From an archaeon GW2011_AR15 (GTDB lineage: Archaea > Nanobdellota > Nanobdellia > Woesearchaeales > GW2011-AR15), in assembly GCA_000830295.1 (NCBI GenBank), contig CP010425.1, forward strand, positions 640,001 to 704,000: a stretch of DNA of 64,000 nucleotides, written 5' to 3'. The stretch's first letter is position 1. Every line of letters begins with the position of its first letter. The notes beneath the pieces are model-generated. The model was not told the origin of the DNA. It saw only the letters and a list, made by a program, of their open reading frames with translations, and ran no database searches. This document shows positions 1 to 9,395 of the stretch, piece by piece. The position numbers were made by a program, and so were the translations under genes.

Positions 1-2216
1 CTAACTATGATTTTCATGTTACAGGCGGAAAAATATCAAAGCAGAACCCTATAGTTGTCTGTGCGGACCTGGCAGGGTTCCTCGGAAGGGACAAGGTTCA
101 GATTACAGACTCCGAGACTCTTGCATATGAAAGATGCGAGCCGCCGAGGGGAGGAGGCAAGTATTCAGTAAAAGTTTACAATTTTGAATTGCCGCAGCAG
201 ATAAGCACCCCTACAAGCACAGGAGGAACAATAGGCAATATTGTAGAATGGGCAGAGAAATGGGTCAACACCTACGGAGACCCGGAATATGTGCTGTATT
301 ATGAGGTTTTCCCGAAGGGCGAAGAGGCATACTGGGAGCCAAGCGCATATGTTGTTGATGTTGCAACAATACTTACAAGCGAGGCAGTATTCTTCTTTTT
401 ATTTGACATGCTGATACCCGGGCTGGGCAGTGCAATAAAGAAAGGCGGTGGAGGGATATTAAAAAGCACGCTCTCCAATATAGGCGAGAATTTAGGGAAA
501 GCAATAAAGCAGATTGATATAGGCGGCATTTGGCACAATACTAAAACCCTGTCCACCACAGTAAGAAATATACTCCGCGGATCGAGCAACGAAGCAGCGG
601 AACGACTTGCGAGAGAAATAATTGAAAAAAGCAGCCAGGATGTTGTAGAAGAAACAGTAGAGGAGGTATTGGAGGAGTTTGCAGAACAGGGAATTTCCAG
701 AGAAGTGCGTAGTGCACTGAAAACAGAATTCAGAGAACTATGGCAGGAGAGCGAGGGAAGAGAGGTATCTGCACTATTTAAAGAATCAGGAGAGCTTGAA
801 GAGAGGGCAATAACCAGACTGAGAGGCTCCCTTGATGAACTGGAAGAACTGGATGACGCAGCGAAAAATGAGATTATGGATACAGTATCAGCAAGGCTTA
901 CAAAAGACTCATTCGAATCAGCTTCAGCGCGCGCTATCGGCAATCTTAGACTGGCAAACAAAGTCAACAGCGAGCTTCTGGACAGGGCAGCAGTATGGAG
1001 GGATGCATACCTGCCGGGAGGGGACAGGGCCAAGATAATCGGAGAAATACAGGGAATGGCAGATAAGGCCGCATATTTCAAGGATCTTGATTCTCTAACT
1101 GTAAGAAGGATGACCTCGAATATGGATGATATACTTGAGCTGGCGACAACCGGACAGACAAAAGAGTCTTTCGCCAGAGGGATATTGGGAGAAACATATG
1201 ATGAGGTTGCAAAAGGAGGGGATGAGGCAGTAGAAAAAGCCCTTAATGAACAAATCAGCACATGGCTAAAGGAAGCAGACCCTCTCCAGTATACTGCAGG
1301 GAAACTGAATGCCTACCTGAGAACGCAGGCAGGAAAGCCAAGGCATATGGTTTCACTTCTGATTGCGCTGAATGTCCATCTTGAGAACAGCATGGCAGAG
1401 AAATTCAGGCCGGTTGGAACAAATGCAGTAGGGCTGAGGACACCGTTCTTAGCAACAACAATATATGATGACCTGTATACTGAAACATTTGATTATACAA
1501 AAGACAAAAATATGTACGAGCAATTTTTTGAGCATTACTACGGATATGAAGACGACACAAACGAAACCGATGAGACTTATTTGAGATACAGGGGGCTTCT
1601 GCCTGAAGTCGAGAGGTATTTCCTTACACTGCTCACAGATGCAGGAGAAATGAAAAGGTTCCATTTGGCCAGCCCATGCAAAGCAGATATCATAGTTACT
1701 GAGACGACCTGTGAATGCTGGGGCGGGGAAAGAAAAGAGAAGGAGGTAGGCATCCCCATCCTTTCAGGTTTGCTCAGCCATGGCGCCTTATATCAGACAG
1801 GAAAAACGTACTATGTGGACGGCGAGCCGCTTAGGCTGGATCATTTTGATGGAGAAAACCCGATGCTCTATGCAGTGCAGGAAGGACAAATAGTTAAAGA
1901 GTGCACTCCGAGAGGAGTTCAGAATGTATTTGAAGACATTGGGGAGCTCGGCGAATATCTTCCATGGGCTCAGCCTACGTATACCCCAAGCTGCATCCAG
2001 GCAACTGTTGTGATGGATGAGACAGAAGGCTACAATTATTGTTACCACGGAGAACAAGACCTTGGAATGACATTATCCTATCTGGGCCTTAACTTTGCGC
2101 TTCCTATCGCAGGCACATTATTCCTCGGGCCAATAGGGGGAGTTGTAGGGGGAGTAGTGGGAGGACTTGGATACGCATCAATGCAGGTCAACCACCAGTG
2201 GCCAAATCATAACTAA
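1..2216 (+). CDS. Large membrane-associated protein, 5'-truncated by the window edge
   Basis: Frame is open from nt 3 (NYDFHVTGGKISK...), so the TTG at 189 is not the true start. Contains a hydrophobic segment (ATILTSEAVFFFLFDMLIPGLG), a long charged helical region, a Cys-containing domain and a C-terminal Gly-rich hydrophobic tail (GPIGGVVGGVVGGLG). Confidence 0.75.
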   Translation, partial: NYDFHVTGGKISKQNPIVVCADLAGFLGRDKVQITDSETLAYERCEPPRGGGKYSVKVYNFELPQQISTPTSTGGTIGNIVEWAEKWVNTYGDPEYVLYYEVFPKGEEAYWEPSAYVVDVATILTSEAVFFFLFDMLIPGLGSAIKKGGGGILKSTLSNIGENLGKAIKQIDIGGIWHNTKTLSTTVRNILRGSSNEAAERLAREIIEKSSQDVVEETVEEVLEEFAEQGISREVRSALKTEFRELWQESEGREVSALFKESGELEERAITRLRGSLDELEELDDAAKNEIMDTVSARLTKDSFESASARAIGNLRLANKVNSELLDRAAVWRDAYLPGGDRAKIIGEIQGMADKAAYFKDLDSLTVRRMTSNMDDILELATTGQTKESFARGILGETYDEVAKGGDEAVEKALNEQISTWLKEADPLQYTAGKLNAYLRTQAGKPRHMVSLLIALNVHLENSMAEKFRPVGTNAVGLRTPFLATTIYDDLYTETFDYTKDKNMYEQFFEHYYGYEDDTNETDETYLRYRGLLPEVERYFLTLLTDAGEMKRFHLASPCKADIIVTETTCECWGGERKEKEVGIPILSGLLSHGALYQTGKTYYVDGEPLRLDHFDGENPMLYAVQEGQIVKECTPRGVQNVFEDIGELGEYLPWAQPTYTPSCIQATVVMDETEGYNYCYHGEQDLGMTLSYLGLNFALPIAGTLFLGPIGGVVGGVVGGLGYASMQVNHQWPNHN

Positions 2217-2217
2217 A

Positions 2218-2892
2218 ATGGAAAACAAAAAAATAATCATTATAACAGGAATTGTTTTATTGATAGTGATAGCAGCGGCCCTGCTGTTAAGAAGCAGCCG
2301 GCAGCCGGCAGAATACGAGTATTATACAGAAGAGCCCGAGACATGGGTTGAAGGCCAGAGATTCACAGAGCCGCCAAATGATGTCAGGATAAATGTCTTT
2401 AAGGCAACAGGGGGGGAATCAACATTCTCCATAAACAAGCAGGATTTTCCAGGAGAGGACAAGGCATTCTTTGTCCAGGGGCTCTACAAAGGAAAATACT
2501 TCGGCACAGTCTACTATGACAATGAAACAAAGGAAAAAATAATCGAGATATCCCAGTCACTTGATCCCGACGATGGAGCAGCCGACATATTCATCCTTGC
2601 AAAAAGCGATGGCCCTGGTTTTGTGTTTTACATTTTTGTCGATGAGGACTGGAGGAATTCAGTCAGCTTTACCAACATAATATACGGCATGGACTTCAAC
2701 AACGACGCAACACTGATAGAGAGGGAATTCAATTTCACTGAACTAAGCACAGGAATATATATGGACAAGCTGGACGACTATAACGGATGGTATGACCAGA
2801 GCCCTGTTACAGGAGGGATAATGGTTGGAGAGATGAATATTGAAGACCTGAAAAAGACAAATGTCACTTCCACACTTGTATTATTGAGGTAA
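2218..2892 (+). CDS. Membrane-anchored hypothetical protein
   Basis: ATG at 2218 directly after the upstream TAA; MENKK followed by a hydrophobic anchor IIIITGIVLLIVIAAALLL. Confidence 0.8.
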   Translation: MENKKIIIITGIVLLIVIAAALLLRSSRQPAEYEYYTEEPETWVEGQRFTEPPNDVRINVFKATGGESTFSINKQDFPGEDKAFFVQGLYKGKYFGTVYYDNETKEKIIEISQSLDPDDGAADIFILAKSDGPGFVFYIFVDEDWRNSVSFTNIIYGMDFNNDATLIEREFNFTELSTGIYMDKLDDYNGWYDQSPVTGGIMVGEMNIEDLKKTNVTSTLVLLR

Positions 2893-2894
2893 AA

Positions 2895-3173
2895 ATGAGA
2901 AAAGCAGAGATAACCTTTACAACGCTTGTATATGCAGCGCTTGCTGTGCTTGTCATACTTGTGCTGATTGCAGTATTCTTTGCGCTGACAAACCCGGCAG
3001 TTGGAAGCATCTTCGGCATAATCACTGAGACAGGAGAAAGCAGCCAGGGGGCCAGGGATGATATAGCTATCTCGCTTGGAAGCTGCGAGCCTGGAACCAG
3101 CAGATGCGTTGCAGGAATAGAATATGTCTGCGGCTCAAACAAAAGATGGGGGAAGACAGAAAATGAATGCTAA
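2895..3173 (+). CDS. Small pilin-like protein (class III signal peptide)
   Basis: MRKA|EITF followed by a ~25-aa hydrophobic helix and a small 4-Cys C-terminal domain. Confidence 0.75.
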   Translation: MRKAEITFTTLVYAALAVLVILVLIAVFFALTNPAVGSIFGIITETGESSQGARDDIAISLGSCEPGTSRCVAGIEYVCGSNKRWGKTENEC

Positions 3174-3633
3174 GGGAGACCTTACAAGTGATAATGGAAT
3201 CCAGGCTATTTTGTTCGTTGTGCTGGCAGTGCTTGTAATGGTTTTTATAGTAAAATTCTATCTTGCCATGAAGCCGGTCCCGGAATGGTCAAGAGCCCTT
3301 GCAGCCACAGAGCAGGCAATAAACAGCCTTGACCCGGATAACACGGAACTGGTAAGAAAAGTCAATATAAAGCTTGTAGGATACCAGATAAAAGGCCTTT
3401 CCCAGGAGTCCTGCCCTGAAAATGAGGAGATGCCGTCCTGCATATGCGCCTGCACTGACCCCGGCTGCAGCAATGCAATGAAAGAAGAAAAAAAATTCTG
3501 CAGGAATGTAAAATACAACACAACCAACTTTGTGCTCAACCCCAGTTCAGATGATATAATCACTTACAGCATTGGGCTCAACGAGACTACAAAAGAGGTT
3601 ATAGAAAGAGTTAGCATTGGCGGAGCATCATGA
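3163..3633 (+). CDS. Pilin-like protein
   Basis: Likely start MNAKG|DLT at 3163 overlapping the previous stop; hydrophobic helix AILFVVLAVLVMVFIV; Cys cluster CICAC. Confidence 0.7.
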   Translation: MNAKGDLTSDNGIQAILFVVLAVLVMVFIVKFYLAMKPVPEWSRALAATEQAINSLDPDNTELVRKVNIKLVGYQIKGLSQESCPENEEMPSCICACTDPGCSNAMKEEKKFCRNVKYNTTNFVLNPSSDDIITYSIGLNETTKEVIERVSIGGAS

Positions 3634-3634
3634 A

Positions 3635-4060
3635 ATGTTCTCAAGAAAAGCCCAGACTGAGATTTCAGTATCAACATCAGTTGAGATAATAATTCTTGTA
3701 CTTGTCATCGGGCTGATGCTGGGCATAGCATACAGGGAGACAACATCCACAAGATATTCAATGCTCTTCCTCTCAAAAGACTCTGCGATGTTCATTGACG
3801 CGCTGCATGCATCTCCCAATAAGATAATAGTGAGATACCCCCAGAAGACAGAAGGATTCAATTTCAGGATTGCAGACAGCAAGGTTACGGTCTACGGCAA
3901 TGATACTGCTTCAGTAGGAGGGATTGTTGACCAGATTGTGGGCGAATCCTTCCCGTATACTTCAGAGAAGGACATAGTGTTCCAGCCGCTTCCGGCTGAC
4001 TATACAGGGGAATACGGGCTGATACTTACAAAAACAAATACAAAGCTGATACAGGACTAA
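3635..4060 (+). CDS. Pilin-like protein
   Basis: Likely start MFSRKA|QTE at 3635, then hydrophobic helix IIILVLVIGLMLGIAY. Confidence 0.75.
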   Translation: MFSRKAQTEISVSTSVEIIILVLVIGLMLGIAYRETTSTRYSMLFLSKDSAMFIDALHASPNKIIVRYPQKTEGFNFRIADSKVTVYGNDTASVGGIVDQIVGESFPYTSEKDIVFQPLPADYTGEYGLILTKTNTKLIQD

Positions 4061-4061
4061 A

Positions 4062-4553
4062 ATGAAAAAAAAGGCACAGACATACACAATCCTGAACTGG
4101 GCGCTGTACAGGATGCCGGTTATAATATTTGTAGCAATATTTTTTGCAATAGCACTGAGGTCTTATTACGGCACAGGCCTGGACAGCCATGATGTTGAAA
4201 ATATGGTTATGATAAAGAGGATAATTTATTCTGACAATATCCTCGCATACAGGGATCCTGTGACAGGCAGGACATTCCCGGGAATAGTTGACATCAATAA
4301 ATTCTCGACAGAGCATATCGAGGAGAATCTCCTGAATAACAACAACAGGATTGCAGTGTATATGGAACTCCAGTTTCTCGACACAGGCGAGATTGAAAAA
4401 GCATACATAAATGAAGAAAGGGCAAGGGCATGGGACGACTATGAGTTTGTCGGCGGGTTTGATTCTTCAAGCCTTGTCAGGTATGTAAGGATATATGACA
4501 ACGGCAGGCTCCGCGACGGAAGGCTTGGCATAAAGCTGCTGGTGAGGGAATGA
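4062..4553 (+). CDS. Pilin-like protein
   Basis: MKKKA|QTY followed by hydrophobic helix MPVIIFVAIFFAIAL. Confidence 0.75.
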   Translation: MKKKAQTYTILNWALYRMPVIIFVAIFFAIALRSYYGTGLDSHDVENMVMIKRIIYSDNILAYRDPVTGRTFPGIVDINKFSTEHIEENLLNNNNRIAVYMELQFLDTGEIEKAYINEERARAWDDYEFVGGFDSSSLVRYVRIYDNGRLRDGRLGIKLLVRE

Positions 4554-5005
4554 ACAAAAAGGCGCAGTGGCAGGACCTTGCAGATTTGTTTTTGGGAGGC
4601 ACACTCATAATAATGGCAGTCCTCGGATTCATAATATGGGTATCCTTCAATGACGGGATCATAGAAGAAAGGGTTGAGAAAAGAGCTGAGGCGCTCAACA
4701 ATGATGATGTTCTTGTCTCATTCCTGAACACAGAGATTGACGACAGGACTCTCTCAGAGTGGATAATAAGAGCCCATATAGATAGAGAGAATAATTCAAC
4801 AGAGTTTGAAGAAGTGTTGGACACTTTCCTTGCAGATGTCTACCAGCACAGGACATGCTGGACACTCTACAGGCAGGATGAAGAATGGATAAAAAAAGAG
4901 CCATGCTCTGAAGAAGCAGACCTTCTGGATTCAGCAATAGACATTCCGCTTCCTGACAAGACGGCACTCAACATAAGGCTTAACATAAAGGGATACGCAG
5001 AATGA
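4550..5005 (+). CDS. Pilin-like protein
   Basis: MNKKA|QWQD followed by hydrophobic helix; ATGA overlaps with both neighbours. Confidence 0.75.
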   Translation: MNKKAQWQDLADLFLGGTLIIMAVLGFIIWVSFNDGIIEERVEKRAEALNNDDVLVSFLNTEIDDRTLSEWIIRAHIDRENNSTEFEEVLDTFLADVYQHRTCWTLYRQDEEWIKKEPCSEEADLLDSAIDIPLPDKTALNIRLNIKGYAE

Positions 5006-6078
5006 AAAAGATGATGGCTTCAAAGAGCGGCAAGGTGTTCTTTACAGTGCTCCTCGGCATATTTTTCATAATGGCGCTCCTGCCTCTTGCCATGAATATT
5101 TCCTTCATGAACCAGGGGAAGTTCGGCAAATCCATAGGGGAATCCCAGCTCATACTCCTGAGGACGTATGAGAAAGGCGAAAAGATCCTCTATTATATTG
5201 ACCAGTCAGCAGTCCACTCCCTGAGGCAGTCTTTATACAATGCCTCGCAGGCCGGGTTTTCATCAGGAGACTGCGGAACATATGACGGCCATAATCTATG
5301 GAACTCAGAAACAGAAGAATGCTATCCAAACCTAAAGGAAGCTGTCAAAGAAAGCTTTATGTCTGAATTTAAGGATTATCTCGGAAGCTATGCAGCCTTC
5401 CCGGACATTGAATATGAATTTTATTTTGCTGAAGGGGATGTCATCATAGGAAAGGCAGCCAGCGAGCTTGCTATGGATGTTGCGGACGGGAATGCGACAG
5501 GAATTGAAAGAGTTGAGCACGCTGAGCCGGAAAATGGGACCGCACAGCAAAGCACAGGAGGAGGTTCAGGGGGCGGAGCATGCACAGTAGGAAGCAGGTT
5601 CAGGGCAATCCCATTAAACCCATGGCCTAATTACATAATAAAGGCATTCGGAGTTCCCGCACCATATCAGAGCGGCGGGATCCACACGGGTATTGATATC
5701 AGGAACCCTCTCATGAATGGCCAGGAGCCACCGATATATGCAGTTGACTGCGGCCGCATTGTCTATGTAGGCCCGCTATTCCTCAGCGGACCGAATGTCG
5801 GCAGGGGAAGCAAGGCAATAATAATAGACCACGGCAATAATGTCTATAGCATATACAGCCATAACTCATATGTTGAGCCGAAGATAATGAATGACATGAA
5901 TTCAAAAGGCTACTCAGATGTTACAGCCGGACAGGTCATAGGAAGGCAGGGCAACGAGGGATACAGCTCAGGCTCCCACGTGCATTTTGAAGTCCATACA
6001 GGGGTAAAGTTTTCAGGCAACTGGGTTACGCCCTGGGTTGGAGGAAGATACGAGGATCCATTAGCATGGCTAACATGA
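5002..6078 (+). CDS. Pilin-like N-terminus fused to an M23-family (LytM/lysostaphin-type) metallopeptidase
   Basis: KSG|KVFF plus hydrophobic helix; Gly-rich linker (TGGGSGGG); M23 motifs HTGIDI (HxxxD), IIIDHG..YSIYSH, GQVIGRQGNEGYSSGSHVHFEV (HxH). Confidence 0.85.
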   Translation: MKKMMASKSGKVFFTVLLGIFFIMALLPLAMNISFMNQGKFGKSIGESQLILLRTYEKGEKILYYIDQSAVHSLRQSLYNASQAGFSSGDCGTYDGHNLWNSETEECYPNLKEAVKESFMSEFKDYLGSYAAFPDIEYEFYFAEGDVIIGKAASELAMDVADGNATGIERVEHAEPENGTAQQSTGGGSGGGACTVGSRFRAIPLNPWPNYIIKAFGVPAPYQSGGIHTGIDIRNPLMNGQEPPIYAVDCGRIVYVGPLFLSGPNVGRGSKAIIIDHGNNVYSIYSHNSYVEPKIMNDMNSKGYSDVTAGQVIGRQGNEGYSSGSHVHFEVHTGVKFSGNWVTPWVGGRYEDPLAWLT

Positions 6079-8777
6079 AATTGATTTTGGCTCTGGTATG
6101 TTTCATTTTATTAGCGGCAGCAGCAAGCGCAGAGACATATCTTTACATGAAATTCAACTACACGCTTGAAAACCCTGATTACGGAAATGAACTTGAAAAT
6201 ATTGAAAACCTGAAAATAACAGAAATATTCACTATTGAAGATACTTACTGGAACAGCTATTATTTCTCCACAGCAGGAGATGCTCATGAATCATACCAGC
6301 TGAAGATATACGGAGGCAGCCAGCTTCTCTATGACGGGCCGGTATTCCCGCAGCTCGGAAGCGCAGCAATAAAATACAGCAGCGGATACAGCGGGCTTGT
6401 CATATATGACGGAAACAATGAAGTGCTTTCCAGAAATATAAATTTCTGCAACAATAATAATGCCTGCGAGCCATGCCTTGATGAAAACTGTACAAAGGCA
6501 GAGAGCGTTTTGACCTGTGGAGACTGCGCAACAGGAAGCGATGACAACTACTGTGACCTCTACAATGACGGGGTATGCGATGCAGACTGCTATGGCGCAG
6601 ACGGAGACTGCAGGCAGTGCGGGAGCTCATGCTATTACAGGGATGACGAAAATGTATACACAACCTGTTCAGGAATATATAACGGGAACATCTGCGAGCC
6701 AGGAGAGGGATGCACAGGCGCATGGGGATATGCAAATGATTCAGGATTCTCGTGCTGCATGCAGGGAACATGCGTCAAGCCCGAAGCAGGCGATTATGAA
6801 ATTGAAGGGAAAAGCTGCTCTGATTTTTCATGGACAGAATGCACAGCTGCAGAATCATGCAAGGGAGAAGAGATATACCTTGAGCACAACGGTGCCACAT
6901 GCTGCCAGGGAACATGCTCTGAAAAAAGCCAGCTGCTTCCGGATATTAACATTGACGCCGGAGAAAAAGGGCCGGTTCTCACGCTGATAGCTGCCGCAGT
7001 CCTTGCTGCAATACTCATCGTATTGTTTACCAGAAAAAAGAAGCCCCTGCCTCTTGCCATGCTCATTTTCCTCATGGCGCTGCCGTCAGCATTCCCTCTT
7101 GAGTCCCAGGCAGAGCAGATGCAGAAAATCTGCAATGTTGCAGAGGCATACAACATGCCCGCCACAACCCTCCTTGCAATAGCATACAAGGAAAGCGGAA
7201 TCCAGCATTACAATTCTGACGGAAGCATAAAGGTGAGTGCAGACGGCGGAGTTGGGATAATGCAGAGGCAGTGGGGAGGGGACCCTGCAAACCTCCCATC
7301 AGGCCCGCTGTATATCTGCCACGGGAACAGCGCCATAGACAGCAGGCAGCTGGACGCAAAAAAACTGGATGACAACATAGAATGCGGGGCCATTGAGCTG
7401 ATAAGAAAATGCGAGACATTCAACTGCATAGGCAACACAAAAGAATATTACTGCTCTAATTCCGGCAACCCTCTGCCTGAAAAAAGAGTGCTTTATTCAG
7501 GATGGGACATTGCACTGAGGGCATACAACGGCTGGGGATGCGAAGCGCCGTATTACAGGGATTTGTGGGGAGCAAACAGCCAGAAATACATAGACCTTCT
7601 TGGCAGGATCCAAAGCTATGTCGAGAGTTTCCATGAAACTGAAAAGCAGTTTACTTCTGTCTGTGACGGCACAACCCCAGGCGGGCCTGAAGAGCCTGCT
7701 CCAGGGGAAGATACCTCAGATATACCGCAGGAGATACTTGACGGCACAAAAATAGGGATATATTATATCAATCCTTCTTTCAGGACATATGCAAATGTCA
7801 ATTTTGAGGAAATATACAATGAGGTGGCATACAGCAGCCAGCTTATTGAAGAAGCCCTGGTCTATATTGGTGAAGGCAGCTCAACCTCTAAGGCAGTCGA
7901 AAGAGCACTTCAGGCTAAAGACAACTGGCAGATTAAGTCATGCTCTGGAAAGATGTGCAGCTTCATAGTTGATACAGGCTATTCTGTTTTTGTATACAGT
8001 GAAGGGGCATATGAGGAAAAGCCCATTGAGCTGAAATTCAGCCTGACAATAGATGAATCAGGAGTAAAGAACTTTACAGCTTTTGAATATGACGAGCTGC
8101 CTTATGAGCAGCAGCCAGTGGAGGAAGAGCCAGAGGAGCAGCCTCCAGTGGAACAGCCGCCAACAACAGGAGGGCACCTGGACGGCATAGATGTGTCGCA
8201 CTGGCAGGGGAACATAGACTGGCAGCAGGTAAAGTCAGACGGGAAGCAGTTTGCGTTCATAAAAGCGACAGAGTCAACAAATTTTATTGATAATAAGTTC
8301 TACTACAATATAAACGAGGCCACAAAAGCAGGTATAATGGCAGGTGCATATCATTTTGCCAGGCCGTCAGCAAACGATGCAAGGTCAGAAGCAAGGTTCT
8401 TTGCAGGCGTGGCAGGACAATATGTAGGCAGTGGCTATCTTAGGCCGGTGCTTGACCTTGAGAAAGGCTCAGAGCTGGGCAGCGCAAGGCTCTCAGCATG
8501 GGTGAATGAGTTCATGGAGGAATTCAGGGCAATTACAGGAGTTGAGCCGATAATATATGCAAATGCGAATTATGTAAGGAATTACCTCGACTCGTCAACA
8601 AACAGGTATGATTTATGGGTAGCGCATTATTATGTCCCGCAGCCCGGCATATCAAGACCATGGCAGTTCTGGCAGTACACAGACAGAGGAGTTGTAAAGG
8701 GCATAGGCGAGCTGGTTGACCTTAATTATTTCAGCGGCGACACTGCAGCACTGAATTCAAGGTTTGTGGTTGCCTAA
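6075..8777 (+). CDS. Membrane-anchored multidomain protein: Cys-rich ectodomain, SLT-type lytic transglycosylase, GH25 muramidase
   Basis: Signal peptide MKLILALVCFILLAAAASA (ATG 6075, ATGA overlap). SLT motifs LAIAYKESG / GVGIMQ / DNIECGA / ALRAYNG at ~7110-7660. GH25 motifs GIDVSHWQG / FAFIKATE / GAYHFARP / LDLE / LWVAHY / FWQYT / VDLN at ~8170-8770. Confidence 0.88.
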   Translation: MKLILALVCFILLAAAASAETYLYMKFNYTLENPDYGNELENIENLKITEIFTIEDTYWNSYYFSTAGDAHESYQLKIYGGSQLLYDGPVFPQLGSAAIKYSSGYSGLVIYDGNNEVLSRNINFCNNNNACEPCLDENCTKAESVLTCGDCATGSDDNYCDLYNDGVCDADCYGADGDCRQCGSSCYYRDDENVYTTCSGIYNGNICEPGEGCTGAWGYANDSGFSCCMQGTCVKPEAGDYEIEGKSCSDFSWTECTAAESCKGEEIYLEHNGATCCQGTCSEKSQLLPDINIDAGEKGPVLTLIAAAVLAAILIVLFTRKKKPLPLAMLIFLMALPSAFPLESQAEQMQKICNVAEAYNMPATTLLAIAYKESGIQHYNSDGSIKVSADGGVGIMQRQWGGDPANLPSGPLYICHGNSAIDSRQLDAKKLDDNIECGAIELIRKCETFNCIGNTKEYYCSNSGNPLPEKRVLYSGWDIALRAYNGWGCEAPYYRDLWGANSQKYIDLLGRIQSYVESFHETEKQFTSVCDGTTPGGPEEPAPGEDTSDIPQEILDGTKIGIYYINPSFRTYANVNFEEIYNEVAYSSQLIEEALVYIGEGSSTSKAVERALQAKDNWQIKSCSGKMCSFIVDTGYSVFVYSEGAYEEKPIELKFSLTIDESGVKNFTAFEYDELPYEQQPVEEEPEEQPPVEQPPTTGGHLDGIDVSHWQGNIDWQQVKSDGKQFAFIKATESTNFIDNKFYYNINEATKAGIMAGAYHFARPSANDARSEARFFAGVAGQYVGSGYLRPVLDLEKGSELGSARLSAWVNEFMEEFRAITGVEPIIYANANYVRNYLDSSTNRYDLWVAHYYVPQPGISRPWQFWQYTDRGVVKGIGELVDLNYFSGDTAALNSRFVVA

Positions 8778-9307
8778 TTATCCGAATCATTCAGAAAGTC
8801 AAGAAGCAGCTGGACAGAGCCCTTTTCTTTTTCAGAAAATATTTTTTCTATATACCTAGACAGCAGGAAACCGTAGAACATAGGAGGGTCCTGGGCACCA
8901 GGCCAGTCATAATCTACAGGATCATAAAAGCTTACCCCGTTTTCCTCCCTGATTAAATATGCCTGTGTGAACTCTACATCATCAATCTCGTCATTATATT
9001 CCTTAAGGACGTTGGTATATTCTCTGTTTGCGGCTTCCTTGTCAAATTCCCCTGCATCCACCACTCTGAACCATGGGCTGTGATGTTTTTTCCACAGCTT
9101 TTCAGGAGGCTCGCCGCCCTCATTAGCAATCCTGTACAGCTCATCAGCAAGCCTGTCAACAGACATCTCTGAGAAAAAAGTTCCATGGTTGTCATGCCTG
9201 AAGCCGGGGTCCTGTGCTATAATCTGCTTATAGAACTCTGCAGTGAGTATCCTCACTTCCCCCATTTCCCCGAGAGGGTGCGTGGTTATGGCAACATACT
9301 CATACAT
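8774..9307 (-). CDS. Hypothetical protein
   Basis: 177-aa ORF with natural composition and a TATA-like sequence upstream; no motif recognised. Confidence 0.65.
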   Translation of the reverse strand: MYEYVAITTHPLGEMGEVRILTAEFYKQIIAQDPGFRHDNHGTFFSEMSVDRLADELYRIANEGGEPPEKLWKKHHSPWFRVVDAGEFDKEAANREYTNVLKEYNDEIDDVEFTQAYLIREENGVSFYDPVDYDWPGAQDPPMFYGFLLSRYIEKIFSEKEKGSVQLLLDFLNDSDN

Positions 9308-9395
9308 TATCCACGGTAATTATAATTTATTTAAATAGCTATTTCTGAAACCATAACATTTTAAATATATAGCGTGTTTCCAGAGTTTCAGGTGG

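Noticed and set aside
299-1261. 320-aa minus-strand ORF and many similar antisense ORFs (e.g. 15371-15970, 32924-33457, 50130-50648)
   Set aside because: Ser/Phe-rich shadows lying wholly antisense to well-supported genes.
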